From an uncultured Anaerolineales bacterium (GTDB taxonomy: Bacteria; Chloroflexota; Anaerolineae; Anaerolineales; UBA11858), in the NCBI GenBank assembly GCA_964419495.1, contig CAYQQX010000008.1, forward strand, positions 163-64,162: a DNA stretch of 64,000 bases, written 5' to 3'. The notes below the pieces were generated by a model. The model was not told where the DNA came from, searched no databases, and saw only the letters and a program-made list of their open reading frames with translations. Each line of letters starts with the position of its first letter. The first letter of the stretch is position 1. The position numbers and the translations under genes were made by a program. This document shows, piece by piece, positions 27,382 through 36,193 of the stretch.

Positions 27382-28356
27382 TTAACCTCGGCTTGGCACA
27401 ATATCCTGGAGATACTGCAGACGTTCTTCACCGATCAGATCCAGGTATTCCTGGTGATCTTTGAGATTGTAGATGTACTTTTCCAGATATTCCTGCGTGG
27501 TTTCTGGCTTTTTTGATACTTCTGCCCATAGTTGGATGTGTTCTTCATCTCGCTCGTAGTGATAACACATCTCTCCGGGATGCGATCCGAAGGGTGCGTG
27601 CACCACCGCATCTACCAAATAATAGGGGATGATCGTACGGTCCGGTTGGCGGCGGATCACGTCTGTAGGAACGATCTCCTCAGCACTGATGATCAAGGTT
27701 TTGCAGGCGCGTGACATCTCGTAAGCAAAACCGGTGATGCCGTCAATTTGACAGTTGCCGTACATATCTGCGCGGTGCACATGGATGATGCCCACATCAA
27801 GGATCAGAGCAGGAACCAGGGCAATGGGGTCACCGGTATATGGGCACTCTACCAGTTTTCCAGCGCTGTACTTAAAGGTGTCCGTGCCCAACATCGAGCG
27901 TACTGGGATGAAAGGCACCCCCATGGCGGCGGCTTTGAAGCGCCAAACCAGGGCGCCATTGCTCCACTCGACGATCTTCTCTACCCGCCCGGCATCGATT
28001 TCGCGGCGGATGACATGCGAGATGCCATACAGCTCCAGGCCGATATAGGTGTAGTCCATCTCTTTGATCAGTCCCGCTGCCAACAGCACATCCGACTCAT
28101 ATACCCCCTGACCGACCAGCCGCAGATTCTTGATATCCTGACGGATGATTTCGCTGACGACGGACATCGGGCAGCGAACCGAGCCGTAGAGTTCGGTGCC
28201 GATGAAGTCCCCCTCGTGAACGAACTTGCTGACCACTTCTGCATCGGTCATGCGTTTATCGATCAGGCTCTTGGATTTGTTGCGATTCCACTCCCTAAAA
28301 CCATTCACATCAGGCGGCTGAAGAAGTTCGCCGATGCCAGATTCGATAATTTCCAT
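27382..28356 (-). CDS. CoA-transferase subunit A (glutaconate CoA-transferase GctA-like)
   Basis: Its length, its adjacency to subunit B, and RADMYGNCQIDG-type motifs. It has a strong AAGGAGG RBS. Confidence 0.8.
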   Translation of the reverse strand: MEIIESGIGELLQPPDVNGFREWNRNKSKSLIDKRMTDAEVVSKFVHEGDFIGTELYGSVRCPMSVVSEIIRQDIKNLRLVGQGVYESDVLLAAGLIKEMDYTYIGLELYGISHVIRREIDAGRVEKIVEWSNGALVWRFKAAAMGVPFIPVRSMLGTDTFKYSAGKLVECPYTGDPIALVPALILDVGIIHVHRADMYGNCQIDGITGFAYEMSRACKTLIISAEEIVPTDVIRRQPDRTIIPYYLVDAVVHAPFGSHPGEMCYHYERDEEHIQLWAEVSKKPETTQEYLEKYIYNLKDHQEYLDLIGEERLQYLQDIVPSRG

Positions 28357-28373
28357 TGGTCCTCCTTTAGAAC

Positions 28374-28408
28374 GATGAATAGTGAATTTTGAATGATCAA
28401 TTTTGAAT
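28374..28408. repeat. heptamer array (NNTGAAT x5)
   Basis: gatgaat agtgaat tttgaat gatcaat tttgaat. It ends at the stop codon of the four-helix-bundle gene. Confidence 0.75.
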
Positions 28409-28755
28409 TATCTTTGTTTGCTTGATGTGGTTTTTATGCTCGCATTGATTATGCGACAAAGCTCATCAACTTCTTTGGAAGCAAACCTTAACACATCATC
28501 GGATAGCAACTTGCTTCTGGAAATTATTTTTAGCCATACTCGTGACTCATTCAATTCTTTTAGGCTATGAATAAAATCACGAGCACTTTCGGCACCGCGT
28601 GCCTCCGCGTAATGAGCAGCTGGTGCTGTGCCACTTCGGAGTAATTGATTGGCAATGTGTTTTCCCGCTGACGTTTTCGGTAAATCATTGCTCACTTTAA
28701 TGATCTCAACGGCTAATCCAATAAGCCTTTCTTCAATATCATCACCTTTCGCCAT
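28408..28755 (-). CDS. four-helix-bundle protein (23S rRNA IVS protein family)
   Basis: LIGLAVEIIKVSNDLP....GKHIANQLLRSGTAPAAHYAEARGAES..DFIHSLKE..ES..WL. Confidence 0.85.
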   Translation of the reverse strand: MAKGDDIEERLIGLAVEIIKVSNDLPKTSAGKHIANQLLRSGTAPAAHYAEARGAESARDFIHSLKELNESRVWLKIISRSKLLSDDVLRFASKEVDELCRIINASIKTTSSKQR

Positions 28756-28782
28756 CTGAAACCGTCTTTTATTATCATTAAA

Positions 28783-28817
28783 AATTTACAATTCCCAATT
28801 CACCATTCACAATTAAT
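28783..28817. repeat. heptamer array (AATTCAC x5), inverted relative to 28374-28408
   Basis: aatttac aattccc aattcac cattcac aattaat. It abuts the stop codon of the lipoprotein gene. Confidence 0.75.
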
Positions 28818-30130
28818 CAGGGGTAAACAAAACCCGCAAATCTTCCTGGGGCAAGATATTCAATCCCGCTGCCATCGAAGCGCACCTTCACTAGAGAAGT
28901 GTTTGCCCAATCGTCGCCGCGCACCTCAATGATCAAGGTTTCATTATCCAGCCAGCCCATAGGCTGCACCGTAGTGGCACTGGGATCACCGACAACGCCC
29001 CCCAGAACATCATCTCTAAGGCTAGTGATGATGTTCCCTTGGATGTCAGCAATGACGACTTTGGAGTGAAAATCTGGCACCTCGGCCATCATCCAGCCCG
29101 CGCCTTCCATCCAGGCTATAAATCGGTTATCCGGGGAGAAGACCGCATAACCCGCGCCCCTGTCGCTGACAGGGTTGATGGGGATGTTTACACTTGCTGT
29201 AGTGTAGAGATTGTATAAAGTCAGGCGGGGGTTTTCGCCATTTACAAAGCCATTGTCTGCGTCAGCATAAGCCACCCAGGTCAGATCAGGGGAGAGACCC
29301 ACAGGGTTGAAATCATCCGTTAGGTATTGGTTCTCAGAACCCCCTCCAGCCAAATCCAAATGATACAAACCCTTGTGAGGCGGGAAGACGATATCGCCGC
29401 CGATGCCAAAGGGCATCAGCGAATACCAAACGCCACCCGGTTCATTATTCTCAGCCTGAACAGCCAGGGGCATGATAGCGTAGATTTCAGGGTCGCTGCG
29501 TTCCCAGAATGGAGCCGCGCCCCCACCTTGATGGTTGCGGACGTAAACTTTGCTCACTAAGGCATCATTGATCCAATCTGTAGTCACATAGGTGAAAGCA
29601 GATTGACCTGGCGCGCCGCGCAAATAGGTCACTTCTACGCCGGTGATCAAATCACTGATCTGCCCATTGTGATTCTGTTTGATCTTCGTCGAGTCTTCAA
29701 AAGCGTGATAGACAACAGGAACATTGATAACCCCATCAGGAGCGCTTCCGGTCACATGGGCGATTCCCCCTGCGAAACCACCAGGGTTTAATCCTGGGGT
29801 TTGAATAAGCCCCACTGGTTGACCCTGTGCATCGTACACAGTCAAGCTGTTGAAGTCTCCAGCCATAGTCAGGAAACCGCTGGGAGCGAATGGATTTACT
29901 TCGGTAGTCGGCGTTGGCGGCGGGACCGTATTGGTGGGTTGGATTGTGGGGGAATCAGTCGGTGCAGGGTTTGCAGGTTGTTCTTCAACGGGATTAGCCG
30001 GTTCAGGTTCCTGGGGTTGGACGGGTAGCGCAGCCGGCTTCGTCGGTTGATTCATCCGTGTAGCCAAATTGCACGCCAGGCTCGCTAGCAAGAGCACAGC
30101 CAAAGTGATTAACAAGTATGAACGTTTCAT
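28817..30130 (-). CDS. lipoprotein, probably a beta-propeller (TolB/WD40-like) with a Pro-rich linker
   Basis: Start MKRSYLLITLAVLLLASLAC (lipobox LASLAC), with GAGGAGG 7 nt upstream. Repeated FSPD/LSPD..W.A motifs. Confidence 0.7.
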   Translation of the reverse strand: MKRSYLLITLAVLLLASLACNLATRMNQPTKPAALPVQPQEPEPANPVEEQPANPAPTDSPTIQPTNTVPPPTPTTEVNPFAPSGFLTMAGDFNSLTVYDAQGQPVGLIQTPGLNPGGFAGGIAHVTGSAPDGVINVPVVYHAFEDSTKIKQNHNGQISDLITGVEVTYLRGAPGQSAFTYVTTDWINDALVSKVYVRNHQGGGAAPFWERSDPEIYAIMPLAVQAENNEPGGVWYSLMPFGIGGDIVFPPHKGLYHLDLAGGGSENQYLTDDFNPVGLSPDLTWVAYADADNGFVNGENPRLTLYNLYTTASVNIPINPVSDRGAGYAVFSPDNRFIAWMEGAGWMMAEVPDFHSKVVIADIQGNIITSLRDDVLGGVVGDPSATTVQPMGWLDNETLIIEVRGDDWANTSLVKVRFDGSGIEYLAPGRFAGFVYP

Positions 30131-30176
30131 GGTGGCCTCCTCAGGTATCGAAGTCAACCGTGCTGAAAATATTTTA

Positions 30177-32615
30177 TCATTCGATGTCTAGTTCTGCGCT
30201 TTGATCAAAGCTGACGGGGAATGTATAGCAATCTTGCCCCGTTGATTTCCAGGAGACTTCTTTTTGGTTGATGGTTGCCCTTTGCGGTGCGTGCGGCAAA
30301 TACAGCTCAATCTCGCCCTGAGTTTTTCCTGGTCTTTCAAGCTGAAAGTGGACTTGCTCGGGGGTGATCGCTGACCATTGAGTTACCTCTAACCCCTGAG
30401 AGATATGCAGATTACTCCCCAAATAGACAGGGCCATCTTTGGGTTTGGGTCTCAGGGATAACAGCCGCACCCCATGGGGCGGGATTGCGTTCAACTCCAG
30501 CGAACCACTAGAGATTAAGCCCGATGTTCCACTCCAAAAAGCGCGCCAGTGATATTCTTGATCTGGGCTAAGATCGAATTTTTCCAGGGGAAAATTCACA
30601 TCCTGCGGCTTGTCTTCCCAGTTGAAGATCGCCAGCAGATGCCAGGGTCCAGCTTCATTCTCCAAATCTAATCGCAATAGATGGGGCATGGGTTCATCGA
30701 ACCAATCCAGCACGCGGGGTGTCTGACCAATGAGTGGTAATAGTTGTTCTGCGATGCGTAGCCGATCAGGGGGCAGCTTGGGAAGGTCATCGGAGAGCAG
30801 CAGAGCCCCGCCGGTCAATGCAATCGCTGTGGCTAATGATTGCACTTCGGGTAGTGTTAGTTCAGAATCTGAACGAATGAGCAGGCAGTCGGGATCGTTG
30901 ACCCACCAGCGGCTGTGCATTGGGGCGCGGGTGAGTGTGTTCAATAAGGCATTGCGAGCAGATGGCAGGGGAGTCTCGTCGCGGACAGGGGCTTCGAAGC
31001 CCATCTCCTTGGGCATCCAGCGGGGAGCCACATCGGCGCCGATGCGCATGGCGTCGAAAATGCCCACCGAGGTACCAATCGGCGCGCCGCAGCCAAGCAT
31101 TTCTGCCTCGGGTCCCACGGCTTTTCGCAGCGCTTCTAACCCCATACGCAGCACTTGGGCGCGAGTTTTGGTGTGATCTTGATAACGACCTTTGAGAGCC
31201 GCGGCGTATAGAAAATCCAGTTTCAAGTAAGGGTAGCCCCATTCGTGGGCAGCGACGCTCACGGTATCGCAGGCATATTGCAGTGCTTCAGGATGGGTCA
31301 GGTCGAGGGCCTTGTTGACATTGTTCCACACAAAACCGGCGTTGACGGGTAACCCCCAACGATTGCGCAGCAGCCAATCGGGGTGGTTTTTTCTCAACCT
31401 GGATTTGGAGTGCACAATGAAAGGGGCCAGCCATAAGCCCGGGGTAAAACCAGCTTCTTTAATTTCGCCTGCCAACGGGGTTACCCCGTTGGGGAATTGG
31501 GGATCGAACTCGAACCAGTCGCCAATTTGGGCTTCAAAGCCATCGTCGATTTGGATGAGGTCGAGGGGCACGCTTTCCTGGGTTTTGGTCGCAGCTTCAA
31601 GGTTTGCGCGGATTTTCCTTTCAGAGATGTCTTGGTAGAAGTGATACCAGGAACACCAACCCACCCCCCCTTGCATCTCCCCCGATTTTTGGGGGGAAAG
31701 AGGGGGGGCGTGCTCTCGTGCCACCGCGTCCAGATAGGGGGCTAAAGGGTCAGGATCGTCAATGTCGACAAACTGTATCACGGCCCAATCTGTGTTCATT
31801 GATGCGCCAGGGTTAAGTTGAGCCATGTCGCCGTTAGCCCACATCCGCAGCGCGGGGTAGAGAGGCTTATCGATGCGGGTGAGTAGGGAGCCAAAATGTT
31901 GTTTTTGCGAAAGAAACCCCGCCAAGATGCCGGTGCGGTGTTGGCGGTCGCCCAGTACGCCGAACATGTCGCTGGCGAAGTAGCCGCGCTTCTTGGGGCG
32001 CGGAGTCCCGGCGTTGTGCCACATGGGCGCTGTCAGAAAGCCCAAACGTGTCCTTTGGTAGTGATCTTTTGCTCCGAACGCTCCCGTGTGCGACCAGGAT
32101 TGCCAGCCGTTAGAGAAGAAAGCTAGCTCTCCAGGGTGTGGGTGGGGTCGGATGACACCGCTGTTGCTGGGTGGTATCGACGGACGCAGCATGATTGGGC
32201 CTGCCTGGGGCAGGATGCGCTTTTTGGGGAAGAAACCCGCCGAAAGCATTTCAATTTGGTCGATGCGCACTGGCTTTTTGCCCTGATTAATGATCTCAAC
32301 CTTCCACAGCAATATCGGATATTGTTCTGAGATTTCGAATGTCAGAGTGCATGCTAAGCCATTATGATCAGGCTTAATCTCGACCGTAAGTTGCTGCATT
32401 TCCCCATGTGGAGATGAAACTTGTTCAACGGATGAAACCTGGGCATTGCGCCACCTGGTTAGGGCAGTGAATTTCTTGAGCCTGCGGCGATAAAGAATTT
32501 GTTGTGTAACGCCATCCAAATAGGGGCCCTCATTTTTTGAACTGTAGAGGCTCCAGGATGCGGTTTTAGGTTCGAGAGTGAATTGTAGGTGCGATGTTTT
32601 TAAGATGTGAGTCAT
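30177..32615 (-). CDS. GH36-family alpha-galactosidase
   Basis: Motifs GWCSWYHFY, IQIDDGFEAQIGDW, GFTPGLWLAPF, HPDW, YLKLDFLY. Start chosen at MTHILKTSHLQF (32615). The longer track ORF would overlap the upstream gene. Confidence 0.8.
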   Translation of the reverse strand: MTHILKTSHLQFTLEPKTASWSLYSSKNEGPYLDGVTQQILYRRRLKKFTALTRWRNAQVSSVEQVSSPHGEMQQLTVEIKPDHNGLACTLTFEISEQYPILLWKVEIINQGKKPVRIDQIEMLSAGFFPKKRILPQAGPIMLRPSIPPSNSGVIRPHPHPGELAFFSNGWQSWSHTGAFGAKDHYQRTRLGFLTAPMWHNAGTPRPKKRGYFASDMFGVLGDRQHRTGILAGFLSQKQHFGSLLTRIDKPLYPALRMWANGDMAQLNPGASMNTDWAVIQFVDIDDPDPLAPYLDAVAREHAPPLSPQKSGEMQGGVGWCSWYHFYQDISERKIRANLEAATKTQESVPLDLIQIDDGFEAQIGDWFEFDPQFPNGVTPLAGEIKEAGFTPGLWLAPFIVHSKSRLRKNHPDWLLRNRWGLPVNAGFVWNNVNKALDLTHPEALQYACDTVSVAAHEWGYPYLKLDFLYAAALKGRYQDHTKTRAQVLRMGLEALRKAVGPEAEMLGCGAPIGTSVGIFDAMRIGADVAPRWMPKEMGFEAPVRDETPLPSARNALLNTLTRAPMHSRWWVNDPDCLLIRSDSELTLPEVQSLATAIALTGGALLLSDDLPKLPPDRLRIAEQLLPLIGQTPRVLDWFDEPMPHLLRLDLENEAGPWHLLAIFNWEDKPQDVNFPLEKFDLSPDQEYHWRAFWSGTSGLISSGSLELNAIPPHGVRLLSLRPKPKDGPVYLGSNLHISQGLEVTQWSAITPEQVHFQLERPGKTQGEIELYLPHAPQRATINQKEVSWKSTGQDCYTFPVSFDQSAELDIE
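31664..31708. repeat. nested C-run/G-run hairpin repeat inside the GH36 coding sequence
   Basis: CCCCCCC-ttgcatct-CCCCC-gattttt-GGGGGG-aaaga-GGGGGGG. Its reverse complement resembles the 9309-9347 copy. It is translated in frame as HAPPLSPQKSGEMQGGVGW. Confidence 0.65.
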
Positions 32616-32628
32616 AGATAAAAAGGGT

Positions 32629-32670
32629 TTGAACGTTGCACGTTTAACGTTAAACGTTGGACGCGTTGCG
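32629..32670. repeat. heptamer array (TTNNACG x6) at a gene junction, with no four-helix-bundle gene
   Basis: ttgaacg ttgcacg tttaacg ttaaacg ttggacg cgttgcg. It covers the spacer and the last codons of the upstream gene. Confidence 0.75.
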
Positions 32671-33540
32671 TAGGATTTGTCCAGTTTCGACGAGCACTGG
32701 TAGTACTTTGTCTGCCACTGCGACAGTTGTTGGTCCCAGACCACAGGCGGGGGTAATCAGGCTGCGAGTATTGAATTCTTCAGGTTGAATGCTCACACCG
32801 CGAGCGCCAGCTTTGTCACATATTAGTTTAATACCAGCACGCAGTTGATCGGCTAAACCTTGTGGAGTGACGGAGTCAATCACTTCGGTGTTGGGGATGA
32901 TGCCCCAGGCGATCACTCCGCTGCGATCCAAAAACTCGTGCAGCTCCTCGGGGTAAAGGGCCAGGTTTTCAATATATCCATAGGCGTCCAAATTTAGGAT
33001 ATCGACCTGGGTTTTGAGCAGCACAGACCAATCAGTATTGGCGCAGCAGTGCACGCCTGCCAGTCCGCCTTTAGAATGAATGGCTTCGAATATTTCGTCA
33101 TAGAGAGCTGCACGCAAATCCTGGTCGGTAACGGTCAATCCTGTGCTTATAGGGCCGGTGACTTGTCCCTTCACCCAACCAACAGATATTTCTGGGGTTT
33201 CTTTGAGTTGTTCCAACATGGCATAAAAACCAGCAGCATAATCGCGCCGCAAGCCGAAGAAGTCAAGATCTTCTTCCAGGTATGGTGTATAGAATATCTC
33301 TAGGGTTGGAGTGATATCTTGCGATGTATCGAAGATAATCTTCTGGTTCTTTTCATCCAGTACCAATGCGGGCAGCACAGCACTGAATTGGGTGTACATA
33401 TTCTCGCGAAAATTGAGCCTGGATAGCTGCGACCAGACAGGTACGTCTAAAGAAGATGCAATTTGTTGGCAAACATTGGCCGCATCGGTGTGCGGCATGC
33501 TGCCGTTGAGAGAAGTCCAAAAGTTTGGAGCAAAGGTCAT
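32650..33540 (-). CDS. UROD/MetE-like TIM-barrel protein (function uncertain)
   Basis: A 296-aa ORF with GVHCCANTDWSVLL and LDAYGY segments. The resemblance to the uroporphyrinogen decarboxylase / cobalamin-independent methyltransferase superfamily comes from memory only. Confidence 0.45.
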   Translation of the reverse strand: MTFAPNFWTSLNGSMPHTDAANVCQQIASSLDVPVWSQLSRLNFRENMYTQFSAVLPALVLDEKNQKIIFDTSQDITPTLEIFYTPYLEEDLDFFGLRRDYAAGFYAMLEQLKETPEISVGWVKGQVTGPISTGLTVTDQDLRAALYDEIFEAIHSKGGLAGVHCCANTDWSVLLKTQVDILNLDAYGYIENLALYPEELHEFLDRSGVIAWGIIPNTEVIDSVTPQGLADQLRAGIKLICDKAGARGVSIQPEEFNTRSLITPACGLGPTTVAVADKVLPVLVETGQILRNASNV

Positions 33541-33543
33541 GTC

Positions 33544-35409
33544 TTATCCCTGCGACTGCAGCAACCGCAGCAACGACTGCCGTGCTAGCAAATCGGTGGT
33601 GACCATGCCTAGAACGGTTTTTCCTTCCACTACGGGCATTGCGGAAATCTCGTAATGTTCCAACTTGCGAACTAATTCTAAGATTGTGTCAGTTGGTTTG
33701 GCAGCGATGACCTTGCGAGTCATGATCTCTGCCAAGGGTTGATCGTCGGGGTGCCCCAACGCGGTGGCACGCGTGATATCCCAGCGGGTCAAAACGCCTT
33801 CTAAGGTTTCATCTTTCCCCACTACGGCCACAATTGAACTGGCTTCTTCGATCATCAGTTCAGCGGCTTGTTGTACAGTGCAATCGACTTCGATGGTTGG
33901 CATTGGGGTCATGATGTCCGCGGAGGTACGGTCGCTCTCGCTGGCGGCAATACGACGCACGCTGATCACTTCGGCAGCTTCGCAGGGCAGCATGTCTGCA
34001 TCTGAAGAGAGCAGGTCGATCAATTCGACCATGTTGTTGCGGATGACATCCTCTCGATATGCCTCAGCTGCAACCAGTCGTTTCTCCGCCAATTCCGATA
34101 ACTCATTAGCATGTTTTTTGAGCCAACCTTCCACAGCATCGTCATCCCCGAGCATGGCATCTGGTATTCTGAGTTGGTTGGGTGTTTTGATGAGATGTTC
34201 CTGTGCTGCGAAGATCACCCCGCCTGAATTGACCAAGTAATCTGTGGCGATCAGTACACCGCGCTCACGGTAGACTGCGCGTTCCATGCGAGATCGCGCT
34301 GCTTTTCGCTCCGCAAGAGGTGAGTAGGTGTTGGCTCCCTCAATGCTGACCGACCACTGCCCCATACGATCAACGGTCATGGAAGGGTTTGTCGTTGGGT
34401 CTGTATCGAGATAATGGGCGATGGGTGCGGCTGGGATCAAGCAAAAGGCAGATTCGCGCAGCAGGTCGTTGGGATCAGTGGAGTATTTGACCGGCAGTCG
34501 ATCCAAAGTTTCGGATGTGATCATATCGTTGTAATACCGGCGAGTGACCAATCCGTGCTCTCCCCACATGTCAAAAAGTTTTTCAGTTTCAAGTCCTTCA
34601 GGGCTGTAGAGATAGCCCATATAGTCGCTGATGCCGATCACACGCGCCGTGGGGATGCGTTCTTTCAATATGCGCGCGGCGTGCGCGCCCACAGCGCCAA
34701 AGCCTTGGATGAGTACAGTCAACTGGTTGGCAGGGGGAAGTTTGAAATTGGCGAATTGGGGGATCGACCGCAAGCGGGGCATCTCTTCCAGCAGGGCTTG
34801 CAAAGCAATGATGCAGCTCCCTGCCGCGGCGCCCAACTCGTCGATGCGGTTGCCGCCCATATCGACTGGTTTAGAAAGGGCGTTATCAAGCCCGTTTTCG
34901 ATGGCGATGGTTTTCATATCGGCATCGTTGGTGCCTACATCGGGGCCGGGGAGATAGATATCGCGGTAGCGATAGATCAGCCGCGCAAAACCGCGCACCA
35001 CAGATGTATGATCCTCAGAACTCAATCGATCAGCTACAATGCCAGATTTTCCACCACCATAAGGCAAGTTAGCAGCCGCGTTTTTGAGGGTCATGCCGCG
35101 GGCCAAATTGTGAATCGCCGCCGGTGTGACATCGGGCAGCATGCGAATGCCGCCCATGGAGGGTTGTCCCATAGCAAGATTGTCTACCACCAGATAGCCA
35201 CCAATTTCCAAGGAGGATTCTTCGTCCCACATGCAGACCACCAGCCTCGGTCCCAGGGCATCCACCTCGATATCCAGGCGCGCTAAACGATCTACATCCA
35301 GAGGGCCGAATTCAATGAAGCGCTTGCTGCCATCTTTGATCAGACGATTCTCGAAAGTCTGCTCGGGGAGATGTTCCTTCAAATATGCTTGCATTTGTTT
35401 TGGGATCAT
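33544..35409 (-). CDS. Glu/Leu/Phe/Val dehydrogenase fused to a C-terminal CBS pair (621 aa)
   Basis: GGIRMLPDVT and PYGGGKSGI catalytic motifs, NAD fold IQGFGAVGAHAA. The last ~130 aa form two CBS-like repeats (IMTPMP...VVGKDETLEGVLTRWDI; IMTRKVI...VVEGKTVLGMVTTDLL). Confidence 0.85.
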   Translation of the reverse strand: MIPKQMQAYLKEHLPEQTFENRLIKDGSKRFIEFGPLDVDRLARLDIEVDALGPRLVVCMWDEESSLEIGGYLVVDNLAMGQPSMGGIRMLPDVTPAAIHNLARGMTLKNAAANLPYGGGKSGIVADRLSSEDHTSVVRGFARLIYRYRDIYLPGPDVGTNDADMKTIAIENGLDNALSKPVDMGGNRIDELGAAAGSCIIALQALLEEMPRLRSIPQFANFKLPPANQLTVLIQGFGAVGAHAARILKERIPTARVIGISDYMGYLYSPEGLETEKLFDMWGEHGLVTRRYYNDMITSETLDRLPVKYSTDPNDLLRESAFCLIPAAPIAHYLDTDPTTNPSMTVDRMGQWSVSIEGANTYSPLAERKAARSRMERAVYRERGVLIATDYLVNSGGVIFAAQEHLIKTPNQLRIPDAMLGDDDAVEGWLKKHANELSELAEKRLVAAEAYREDVIRNNMVELIDLLSSDADMLPCEAAEVISVRRIAASESDRTSADIMTPMPTIEVDCTVQQAAELMIEEASSIVAVVGKDETLEGVLTRWDITRATALGHPDDQPLAEIMTRKVIAAKPTDTILELVRKLEHYEISAMPVVEGKTVLGMVTTDLLARQSLLRLLQSQG

Positions 35410-35566
35410 GGTGAGCCTCCAGTTTGACTTATACCCTTATTATAGCCTGAACATGTTTGAGTCCAAAAAACGAATGTGACACTCGTCCAGGTGATAGGTG
35501 ACCTTTAGTCAATGGAATCTTGCTATAATATGGGTGACTGCCCACCCACTTAAAGGAGTGTCTCCT

Positions 35567-36184
35567 GTGCCCCGTCTTGCAGTAGCGACAAAAGCCGAAA
35601 CCCAAAATCAAACCCGAGCAAAGCTTCTCGAAGCTGCGGCTGATGAGTTTGCGGCCAATGGTTTTGTAGGTGCCAATATCAACCGTATCTCTCTGGCTGC
35701 CGGGTTTGCCAAGGGCACAATTTATAACTACTTCCCCAGCAAGCGAGATTTGATGCTGGCTTTGATCGATGATATTGGTGCCCGACATGCCCAATTCATC
35801 ATCACTGGCGTGGAAATCGAGGACGATGCTGTGGATCGCATCAGGCAATTCTTCTCAGCTGGGTTTAGCTTTGTTGAGCAATACCCCGCCCAAGCCCAGA
35901 TTGCCATCAACGCGGTTTTTGGTTTCGACGCAGAGTTCAAAGAACGCATTTACGCGGCTTACCAAGGTCTATTTGAACTGCTGATCACGGATATTGTCGG
36001 CTATGGTATTGATCGCCAGGATTTTGACCTTCGGGATCCAAATTCGACCGCAGCTTTGCTGATGAGTATTTACCTGGGAGGAAGTTCATTGTTGGGTCCG
36101 GATGGGCGCATATGGTTCGACCCTGAAAAGGTTGTCGATTTTGTTATCCATGGAATTGGCAAAGGATCTTTATCCCCAAAATAA
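35567..36184 (+). CDS. TetR/AcrR-family transcriptional regulator
   Basis: HTH TRAKLLEAAADEFAANGFVGANINRISLAAGFAKGTIYNYFPSKRDL. GTG start at 35567, with AAGGAG upstream. Confidence 0.8.
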   Translation: MPRLAVATKAETQNQTRAKLLEAAADEFAANGFVGANINRISLAAGFAKGTIYNYFPSKRDLMLALIDDIGARHAQFIITGVEIEDDAVDRIRQFFSAGFSFVEQYPAQAQIAINAVFGFDAEFKERIYAAYQGLFELLITDIVGYGIDRQDFDLRDPNSTAALLMSIYLGGSSLLGPDGRIWFDPEKVVDFVIHGIGKGSLSPK

Positions 36185-36193
36185 AAATGACCA

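Noticed and set aside
30177-32744. Longer N-terminal extensions offered by the ORF track. These are 30177..32744 for GH36, 13965 for the membrane protein, 9391 for cpaF, 35498 for TetR, 58098 for the FlxC-like gene, 45778 for the Fe-S gene, 26610..27431 for CoA-transferase B, 37549..38868, and 28817..30157.
   Set aside because: Each extension overlaps the preceding gene or a repeat array and lacks an RBS. In each case an internal ATG or GTG with a good Shine-Dalgarno sequence gives the family-typical N-terminus.
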